Shown here piece by piece: positions 53,400 through 64,000 of a stretch of 64,000 nt of DNA (position 1 is the first letter of the stretch; every line of letters begins with the position of its first letter). This DNA is from Octopus sinensis (Eukaryota). Under the pieces are notes generated by a model. That model saw only the letters and a program-made list of their open reading frames with translations, made no database searches and was not told the origin of the DNA. Both the position numbers and the translations under genes were made by a program. The stretch spans positions 6,634,001-6,698,000 of the forward strand of contig NC_043008.1 in assembly GCF_006345805.1 (NCBI RefSeq). Reading direction: 5' to 3'.

Positions 53400-53840
53400 G
53401 AATATATAGATACATACCATACACACACACAAATATATTTATGTATGTATGTATGTAAATATATGTATGCATGTATATGTGAGTGTGTGTAACAATACTC
53501 ACACACCCCGCCACCCGAGAGCAGAGAATGAACAACAAAGCCAGCTTAAATCAATATGATCTGTAAATCAAATTGAGAGCAACAGTTCATATTTTGATCA
53601 CATCTGTTCAAAAGCCAGCAAAAGTCAACCAAAGACACTGTCTCTCTCTTCCTCTCCTGCACACAGACAGACACACACACACACACAAAAACATACACAT
53701 ATGTACTCAAATAAACGTTCACATTAAATCGCCACCACCACCACCTCTTACTCAAACACACACATATATCTATACATACACTAGCAATTTCATATTATTA
53801 TACCCCCTGCCTTGTATGTAAATATATGTAAATCTGTATG

Positions 53841-53909
<69 letters not shown>

Positions 53910-53928
53910 GTATCTCTCTCTCTAACTG

Positions 53929-53975
<47 letters not shown>

Positions 53976-54087
53976 GTATCTCTCTCTATCTGTGCATATA
54001 TATATACAGATTTCCATATATATATATATATATAATTCTGTATTTCTCACTCTATCTGTGCATATATATATATATATGTAAACAGAT

Positions 54088-54129
<42 letters not shown>

Positions 54130-54534
54130 ATATATATCTGTATCTCTCTCTCTATTTGTGCATATATATGTATGTATATAATGTGCAAGTGTGTGTGACT
54201 GTGTGCATATGCATGTACAGACAGACACAGAAATGTGCAGTTTTACGTAATACTTTACCTCCTCCACCCCTAATCACCACCACCACCACCCGTCAGTTCC
54301 CCCCGCCATCTTACACATAGAAATAATCAGAGAAATAAATCTGTTCTGTGGCTCCAAAAATAATCCCTTGTTGTATTTGTGTGTATTTGTAGAAAGAATT
54401 CCTGGGAAAATCTGTCTGCATCACCATGTGGACCGGTTCAATAACAAAACTTGGTTTCCAACTGATGTCTCATTCGTGATTTGCTATTATATATGTATCG
54501 GAAACGATCAACAACGTTGAAGATGATAATAATA

Positions 54535-54608
<74 letters not shown>

Positions 54609-54654
54609 GATAATAATAATAAAAATTTTAATAATAATAATAATAATAATAATA

Positions 54655-54689
<35 letters not shown>

Positions 54690-54718
54690 TAATAATAATA
54701 ATAATAATAATAAAAATT

Positions 54719-54754
<36 letters not shown>

Positions 54755-55196
54755 TAATAATAATACTAAAAATATTAATAATAATAATAAAAATATTAAT
54801 AATAATAATAATAAAAATATTAATAATAATTATAATAATAATAATAACAACAACAGCAACAACAGTAATAGTTTCTATTACGCAGTCAACACTTGTTTTG
54901 TGAACTGTTGAACTTGTATCGGTAGCGTTTTTATTATTCAACTACCATCATTTAACGAACAACAAACATAGAAATAGTAACGACTCACTGAAATCCCACC
55001 CCTCCCTCCTCTACGTGTACGCACATACAGCCACAGTCACACGCACCGTGTACGCAGAAATATTGTTCAGACACTATGCGTACATGAATGTGTGTGCGTG
55101 TGTATATTTGTATATTCTTACACATACATACGCACAGACATACAAATGTGTATATATACATGTGTGTGCACGCATGTATATATATATATATATATA

Positions 55197-55392
55197 TGTG
55201 CGGGTGGCACGTAAAAAGCACCCACTACACTCTCGGAGTGGTTGGCGTTAGGAAGGGCATCCAACCATAGAAACGCTGCCAGATTTGACTGGGCCTGATG
55301 AAGCCTTCTGGCTTCACAGACCCCAGTAGAACCGTCCAACCCATGCTAGCATGGAAAACAGACGCTAAACGATGATGATGATGATGATGATG

Positions 55393-55425
<33 letters not shown>

Positions 55426-55615
55426 TATATAGATAGATAGATATTTGTAGTACTCACTACACTCATGGAGTGGTTGGCATTAGGAAGGGCATCCAGCTGT
55501 AGAAACATTGCCAGATCAGATTGGAGCCTGGTGCAGCTGCTGGTTTTCCAGACCTCAGTTAAACCGTCCAACCCATGCCGGCATGGAAAACGGACGTTAA
55601 TCGATGATGATGATG
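55197..55615 (+). mobile_element. Two tandem family C 3' ends
   Basis: Two GGAGTGGTTGGC(G/A)TTAGGAAGGGCATCCA motifs, each with a (GAT)n tail. Confidence 0.75.
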
Positions 55616-56739
55616 AGGAGGAGGAGGATGATATATATCATTATCATCAATTTATGCCTGTCTTCCACATTGGCACTGGTTGGACAGTTTGAGAAGATCT
55701 GATGTCAGAAGGTTGTTCTATCTGCCAATATCTATTTTGCCTAAAGGCAGCGGGCTGGCAGAAACGTAGCAAGGAGAAAAGCATGATGGGGTGAATTCAG
55801 TTAGGGGGCCCCTGTTGTGTGTAGTGACATTATGCTTCTAGAACCTCAAATTTACAGTGATAAACTTGTCTTCTTGAGCACCACAAATTGCCAGTGGATT
55901 TAGCAAAATTCTAAATATCAGATCTGCATTACTTGTTTGGTGCGAGAGTTGTTTGGAATGGTGTGTATGGTCACCTCGGTCTCATTTTACTGTTAGATGG
56001 ACAGAAGATGGACAAGATGAATATATTACGCACAAATACAACATCAATGGTTTGGTAGACATGATACCCTGGAAAAATTATAAACTGACACAACCTCTTA
56101 AAACATTGTCAAAAGGTCCTGTGTTTACCCCCTTCCAGAAACAGATCAAGTATCAATATATTGTTGTTATATAGCCCTGAGTATTTCCTGATCAAGTAAC
56201 ATCAAGATAAAAGGAGGTTTCAGGTCAGACTATAATTGATTTTCTCAGACACAGTATATCATTGAACACATTATCAATATTGCCGTCTTTTTTTTTTCAG
56301 ACAGTAATATATGATTTGAAACAAAGTTGGCTGTTATTTCTAGCTGATTACTCAGGGCTGTAGAGGCTCCTTCGTTAACACAAGCATGAAAAAGATGGAA
56401 ATACTTGGTAGGTGTATAAATAGGTTAACTGCCGTATTTAAGTCAGAGAACAGGGGAAGCGGGGAAATAGGGCTGCATCTAAATTCTAAATGAACATATC
56501 AAAGGGACGTGTGTATAAGGGGTTTGTATTGATTGTAGATTGGGTGAGCAAGTATGTATACAGATATATAGTCTTTATGTTGAATTATGTATGTATTTAT
56601 GTTGGTTTATAATGATCGTGTGTGTGTGTAAAAGATTGCAGTGGGTGTGGGTGTGTGCACATACATGCATATATATGTTAAAGTGTGTGTTTGTTTTTGT
56701 AATGATCAAATATATAAAAGGTTGCAGTGAATGTGTAAT

Positions 56740-57240
56740 ATATATATGTGTGTGTATGTGTGTATATGTATGTAAGTGTATATGCATGTATGTGTGTGTA
56801 TATGTGTATGTATGATGTATGTATGTATGCTGTATGTGTATGTATGTATGATGTGTGTGTGTATGTATGTGTATGTAGGTATGTATAATGTATGTATGTT
56901 GCATGTGTGTGTATATATGATGTATGTATGTTGTATGTGTGTGTATGATGTATGTATATGTGTATGTATGTTGTATGTGTGTATGTATGTGTATGTAGGT
57001 ATGTATGTATGATGTATGTATGTTGTATGTGTATGTATGATGTGTGTATGTATGTGTATATGTATGTGTATGTAGGTATGCATGTATGACGTATGTATGT
57101 GCGTATGTGTGTATGTATGATGTATGTGCGTATGTGTGTATGTATGATGTATGTGCGTATGTATGTATGTATGATGTATGTGTAAGTATTTATATATGTA
57201 TGTATAAATGTATGATGTATGTATGTGTATGTATGTATCC
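56740..57240. repeat. (GTAT)/(GT) compound microsatellite
   Basis: Read directly. Confidence 0.9.
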
Positions 57241-58309
57241 ATGCAAGTTTACAAGCATGCATCTGAGTATAGATTTACGTCAGAACATTTGCACACATGC
57301 AGAGACATACACACACACATACACCTACATATTTCTCCACACACACACACACCTACACACACACACACAAACGTAATCATGTAATCATGTATGCAAGTAT
57401 ATCTGTTGATGCATGCATGCATGTGCTTGATAAAAAGGAAGAGGAAAATAAAGGACTGAGAGAGATGAAAAATGGGGGGGGGGCGGCGAGTGGGTAGTGA
57501 GGAGAAAGAGGTTGCAAATTGTAAGCGGGGGCGGGGGGAAGGGGTAGGGGAGGGGGAGAGAAAAATAAATAAAAACCAATTCATTTTCTGGATTGCTTTC
57601 TATTAATTTCGCAACAGCCCCATTTCTCTTTGTGATTTTTCATTTCCCCTTTTTTTTATCTCAACCTTTTTCTTCCTTTTCTTAAAAGCCTGAAAAACAA
57701 CTTCCTTTATCATTTTTTCTTTTATTAATATTTTATTTAAGTTTCTGTTTCATCTGACAACCTACAGAGGGCGATACGATGTTAGCTTTATCTTCATTTT
57801 ATTTATTTTTTTTCATATTTTTCTTGTTTTGTTTGCATATATTTATTTTCTCTCCTTGCAATTTATAATTAATATAGAACAGGTAATCATTATTATAGAA
57901 CAGGTAATCTGATGATTCTTAGAGTTCAAACTTCTTCCTACCTATCTTTCACTAAACATCAATATGGTGAATTGAATTCATCAACTGTGTCAATTTCGCC
58001 TCCTCAATCTTTCCGAAATTGTTAAAAGTATCAGTAATGGAGTTACGATAGATTCCATTGATTATAACACCTACCTGAAGAAAACGGTGCTAGGAGAAAT
58101 CACTTCCATCATTAATCCTGATTTTCACTTTTATCTCTTCAGATAAAGCATCATAGACATAATTTCAAAAAATCCTCTGCCCAGCCACCCGCAACCCCAC
58201 ATCACCACCGTATCCTTAGAAATCTAATGCTTCATGCTTATATATATATATAGGATGAAAAAAAAACCGGAAAAAAAACTATTTAAAAAAGGCTTTAAAT
58301 CATGTGGGG

Positions 58310-58824
58310 AGAATTTGATGATGATGATGGTGGTGATGAGGACACTGATAATGATGGTGATGGTGATGGTGGAGGTGACGACGACGATGATGATGAAGAT
58401 GGTGATGGTGACGATGATGATGATGATGATGGTGATGGTGGTGGTGGTGGTGACGATGATGATGATGATGACGAAGATGATGGTGATGGTGAGGGTGGTG
58501 ACGTTGAAGATGATGGTGGTGGTGACGTTGAAGATGATGGTGGTGGTGATGGTGATGGTGGTAGTGATGGTGGTGGTGGTGGTGATGGTGATGGTGATGG
58601 TGGTGGTGGTGGTGATGACGATGATGATGGTGATGGTGATGATGGAGGTGGAGGTGGTGGTGACGACGATGATGATGGTGATGGTGGTGATGGCAGTGGT
58701 GTTGGTGGTGACAACGATGATGATGATGAAGATGATATACGTTATTTGGCAGGTCATGTTGGATCTTGATACCATACTTATTTCGATATACATGTCTGTA
58801 GTGATGTTGATGCTGACGACGACA

Positions 58825-58856
<32 letters not shown>

Positions 58857-59646
58857 AAGAAAGAACATGAGGAGGCAGAGGAGGAACAAGGTGGGGAATA
58901 CGACCAATTTTATGTTGGCAAATGATAACGATAATAATGATCAAACCATTCTTTACACCAAGCATATGGTAACAGCAATGACGATGATAACGACGATGAT
59001 GACGATGATGACGATGATGACGATGATGATGATGATGATGATGGTATCACAGCTATCTGTGGCAGATATTGTTGCTGCTGCTGCTGCTGCTGTTGCTGTT
59101 GCTGCTGTTGGTGTTAATGATGCAACCAGTACTGTTGTTCTTACAGTGCTTCTTGCTGGATGCTACTAAAACAATTGGAATGTTCTTCATCGTTTCATAA
59201 TAATAATAATAATAATAACAATAATAATAATAATAATAATGATGATGATGGTGATCATGATGATGATGATGATAGTAATAATAATAATAATAACAACAGT
59301 GTTAGAGAAGAAAATGAAAAAGGCAGGGAGAGGACACAAGGTGGACTTGTAGAGGAGAGAGAGAGAGAGAGAGCAGATCTTGTTCTGCTGCAAAGAGTTG
59401 GGGAAGGAATTCTTGGCTCAGAGACAAACTGGCTTTCCTCAATGTTTCTTCTGTTCCTTATACTACTGTCTCTCAAACTGCAGTTGCCGCTGCCACCACC
59501 ACCACCACCACCACAACCACAACCCAACCACCACAACCACCACTACTACTACTACTACAACTACAACTACTACTACTACTACAACTTCTACTACTGCCAC
59601 AAAAACTACAACAACTACTACTACCACCACCACCACCACTACTACC

Positions 59647-59679
<33 letters not shown>

Positions 59680-60290
59680 GCTACCACCACAACTACTACT
59701 GCTACCACCACAACTACTACTGCAGCCACCTCCACTACCACCACCACTATTACTACTACGACTGCCACCACTAGAACTGCTGCTGCATCTACCACTACTA
59801 CTACTGCCGCCATCACTACTACTACTACTACAACTGCTACTACTGCTAACACTAGTACTACTGCCACGACTGCCGTCAACGCCACCACCACCACAGCTGC
59901 CACTGCTACTAGTACTACTACTGCCACTACTACTACTACTACTATTACTACTACTACTACTTTAGTTGCTGCTGCTGCTACCACTGCTGCCGCCACCACA
60001 ACTACTACAACAACCACCACCACCAACACCACTACTACTACTAACGCTGTCACCACCACCACCACCACCATCACCACTACTACTACTGCAGTTGCCACTA
60101 CTACTACTACTACAACTACCGCTACTGCTGCTACTGCTGCTACTGCTGCTACTACAACAACTACTGCTACTACTACTACAACTACTGCTGCTGCTGTTGT
60201 TTGCTACTACTACTACAGTTGCTGCTGCTGCTACCACTGCTGCCACCACCACCACCATTACTACTACAACCATTGCTGTTGCTGATGGTG
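58310..60290. repeat. ~2-kb trinucleotide low-complexity domain: (GAT/GGT)n then (ACT/ACC/GCT)n
   Basis: Read directly; open in several frames on both strands only because the triplets lack stops. Confidence 0.9.
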
Positions 60291-61034
60291 TTGCTGGTGC
60301 TGTGTACCTATTTCTCAGTGTCTTTCTGAAGACTGAGCAAGAATTGGTCTCGATAAATAAATAAATAAATAAATAAATTTAATACATCAACAACAACCCC
60401 CCACCCCAAAAAAATCAATAAGTGCAGGCTGCCATCAAAAGCTCATTTAGAACCTAGTAGAAGATTGATAATGTGGTTCTGAGTTATGGGTTAATAAATG
60501 ACTTTAATGAACGCAAATAAACATGCAATTTTCACCATAGAACCAAGAGAAAGTGAATTCTTCTCAATGCTGCAAAAATCTGCAGTTAGTGCAGCCATGA
60601 GAGCAGCTTTTATGGTTTATGGCCCATTTTACATGACTTTGGTGTACACAGATGATTTTTCCAGTCGTTTCTGTTGTTGTTTTTTCTTCGCTTCTTTTTG
60701 TCTTTTAGTAGATTGTTCTTTCCTTTTTTGTCTTTCGTTGAATCTTTTTCATTCATCCAATCAATTATTTTCTTCTTTTCAACTCCGTTCCCTCACCTCC
60801 GCACGACCACCATCTTGCCTTTAAGAATCGAACACCATCTCATTTATGAATGCATTATTATTCTCTCTGTTTTTATTTATTTTTGTTTTTTTTTGGTTTT
60901 CAATGATATTAGGACCACCATCATTCTTATCTTCATCATTGATATTATAGTTTGTCAAGTTGGACATTTGCTTGAAAAAAAAAACATAATACTTTTCCAT
61001 GGAAACAGTGAAAAACACCTCTCCTCTCTCTCTC

Positions 61035-61108
<74 letters not shown>

Positions 61109-61242
61109 GTATCTATAAATGTGTGTGTGTATAAAGACAGACAGACAGATAGATAGTTAGGTAGATTGATGGATGGATGGATGGATTGATGGATGGGTGG
61201 ATAGAAACAGATAAGCTACTGTGTGTAAAATTTAAATGTACA

Positions 61243-61678
61243 AAGGTGGTGAGCTGGCAGAAACATTAGCACACCGGGTGAAATGCTTAGCGGTATTTCA
61301 TCTGCCGCTACGTTCTGAGTTCAAATTCCGCCGAGGTTGACTTTGCCTTTCATCCTTTCGAGGTCGATAATTTAAGTACCACTTGCATACTGGGGTCGAT
61401 CTAATTGACTGGCCCCCTCCCCTTGCGCCAAAAGGAGAAAAGAATATTTCTTTAATTATAAGGCTGTGAGCTGGCAGAAACGTTAGCACACCAGGTGAAA
61501 TGCTTTGCGGTATTATGTCTGTCTTTACGATCTAAGTTCAAATTCTACCGAGGTTGACTTTGCCTCTCATCCTTTCGGGATTGATAAATTAAGTACCAGT
61601 TGTGTACTGGGGTCGATCTAACCAACTGGCCCCTTCCCCCAAAATTTCAGGCCTTGTGTCCTAGAGTAGAAAAGAATA
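61243..61678 (+). mobile_element. Two tandem SINE A copies (alternative tail)
   Basis: Heads at ~61243 and ~61461; tail CTGGCCCC...CCTAGAGTAGAAAAGAAT. Confidence 0.85.
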
Positions 61679-62619
61679 TTTAAAAGTACAGTCCTCACTA
61701 CCTTACTAGTATATATACAAGTTTTTGTGTATGTTGAGCATAGAATTTTACCGATACCTATGCATGTTTGTGCATAAATGCATGAGTATTAAAATACATG
61801 CATACACACACACACATACATACATACATATAAACACACACACACACATATATATGTATATATACCACCACCCCACATGCATATACGAGCATTTAAATAC
61901 GATACAGTCACAAAAAGATGTTAACAACCAATATTCCTGTTCACATTAATCATAACTTATTCCATTATGAATAGGCAAATGCAAAAAGACAGAGTTTTTG
62001 TAATGTTAATCATTATAATTTTATTTTTCCTTCGTTTCCCCAACAGTTCATTTCCTCTTTTAGGAACAAGAAAATAGCAGTGACAGTGAAAATTTCAGCA
62101 ACATAAAACATCAGATTTTAACGTGGTACCAAAGATTAATGACCCAGTTCCTTAGTCTTGTCATTCTAGATTATTTCTTCTTTTTTCTTTTTTGGTTTTT
62201 GTCGTATTTTCTCTTTCTTTTTTCCCCCATGTTCCTTCTCAGTTCACTTTCTGCACATTTAACTAAAGAGCCTCCCCACCGCCACCACCGCCACCACCAC
62301 CATCACCACCTATCTTCTATCTACATTAACATTTGCAGTACATTAATAAAATATGTTTTAAGTTTGTTGTTGTGCTTGATGTTGTTTCTGCATCTGTACA
62401 CAGGTATACAGATATCAGCAGAATTATTTTCCATCTAACATTTCTTAAATTTCACAGGCAACAGTTGAACTATTGGCTAAACCAAAGCTTACAACCAGGT
62501 TTCAATTCCTAGAAAGAGCACATTTTTTTATTACATAAAATTTCCTGTATCATCAGAACTGAAGTATTTTTGTTAATTTGGGATTTTAGTAACAAAACCA
62601 AATTACTTTTACAGATATA

Positions 62620-63420
62620 TTTCCTCATAAATTCTACATACTCCCTCCACAAAAATTATATCAAGAAGTCTTCTTGCAAACGTGACCTGGTCATTACTGT
62701 CAGCACTGGACAAAGCACATCTCTAAAATTGTCAAGAAGGCTGGGGGTGTCTTGGCATCACTCAGCAAGACCTTTGTCAGCCACTCTCCAGCTATCTATT
62801 TAAGGCTGTATATGGCTATGGTGTGGCCACACTTGGAAATTGAATCACCATTCTGGAACCCCTATTTTGCTCAGAAGATTGACCTCATGGGAACTGTTTA
62901 GAGACATGCAACCAAGTAAATATCTTCCATTAGGCATTTACCACATTTTGAACAACTTGTTTCCCTGGGCATGGATACACTGAAGCTCCGACATCTGGCA
63001 ACTGACTTGGTAAACACCCACAAAATTATTAACCATTGTGCCAACAACCAACTTGAGCACCTCTTTGAACTCCATGTGTCTAACACATGTGGGCATTCTT
63101 ACAAAGTCAGAAGAAAAGCACAGTTCCCATGACTTTCAGAAACATTTTTTCACATTCAGAGTTGCTGAAGCATGGAACAAACTACCTGCATCAGTTGTTA
63201 GCTGCAGAGACATTGCATCCTTTAAAATTGCCATGCTTCCTGAAATTTGCCAACACTACACCTGATATCCCCTGCTCCATACGCATGCACACATGTATAT
63301 CATGACTCTTACTCTGTTCACTTTCCTGACTTTTGTACATAATTCTATGCACCGTACACGCACCTTTGATGAGTTGTAGTGCACCTGAGCACTAAACACA
63401 ATAATTTCATTATTATATTA
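62620..63420 (+). mobile_element. CR1-clade LINE 3' fragment, decayed
   Basis: LYMAMVWPHLEIESPFWNPY...V*RHATK...TCGHSYKV.../KHFFTFRVAEAWNKLPASVVSC..IASFK; typical CR1 ORF2 C-terminus; ATT tail. Confidence 0.85.
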
Positions 63421-64000
63421 ATGCTTATTATAAAGTTATTCTTATAAAACCAGGATAGATTGCTATCTCATCGTTCTATAGTTTTATGTTGTAGTACTGT
63501 GTTGAAAGTACGAATTTCATAAGATTTAACTTGACTACATATTCCTGTAAGGTATATTTTCCATATATACAACATGGCTCACCTGTCATAATTGATAGAT
63601 GAGAATCCTGCTATTTCTTGCTGGACAACCTGCTCAGATGTTTTATTTGTAGCATTGGTTTCCAACCATATTCTACCTATGGACCTTTTTCATTATTATT
63701 TTATTCCGGTGAACCTCCCATAGCCATTTGATGTCTTAAAACTAGTTTTATAGATGCTGCTTTTAAAATTCCTATTTTGTTTCCACACATTGACTTGTGT
63801 GGTTTCAACTTTGTAAAACCTTAGAGAAAGAAACCCAGCTGCTTCTTGCAATAAATATTTCTAAAGCAAAACTTTTTCATGTGCATATCGAATTTACTAT
63901 TTCAATTGCATTGGGCCCCACCAAAATCTTACACGGACTCTCAGGGGTCATGTGGACCACAGTTATTTCACTTACTTACTTAAAGTAATTGTGAGTTGAA

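Noticed and set aside
57761-57774. CTCF-like motif CCTACAGAGGGCGA
   Set aside because: A single partial match is not distinguishable from chance in 64 kb.
58234-60364. Long ORFs of 200-311 aa (poly-M/V, D/G, T/A, mucin-like)
   Set aside because: Translations of stop-free trinucleotide repeats, open in many frames on both strands, with no non-repetitive domain.

Overview
AT-rich, CpG-poor, microsatellite-dense animal DNA. The SINE families and simple-repeat load resemble an octopod cephalopod genome (inference). I found no intact host protein-coding gene: nearly all ORFs in the track are translations of (AT)n, (ATAC)n, (AAT)n or (GAT/ACT)n repeats. The window is a mosaic of several tRNA-derived SINE families (my labels A-E); 5'-truncated LINE fragments (RTE, CR1, two RLE-type R4/Dong-like, and an L1/Tx1-like ORF1 with a CCHC knuckle); Tc1 and mariner transposase relics; hAT and piggyBac MITEs; and a ~46-bp minisatellite. 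The most striking signal is a set of type I hammerhead ribozyme (HHR) motifs in at least three, probably four, unrelated repeat families. These include a near-perfect 233-bp inverted repeat with a complete HHR in each arm, and a fold-back element (four loci) whose arm joins a tRNA-derived pol III head to a minimal HHR. This suggests Penelope-like-element (PLE)-mobilised, self-cleaving SINE or retrozyme-like RNAs. A 550-bp non-coding element also inserts only into (TAA)n, once directly beside a Dong/R4 LINE relic.
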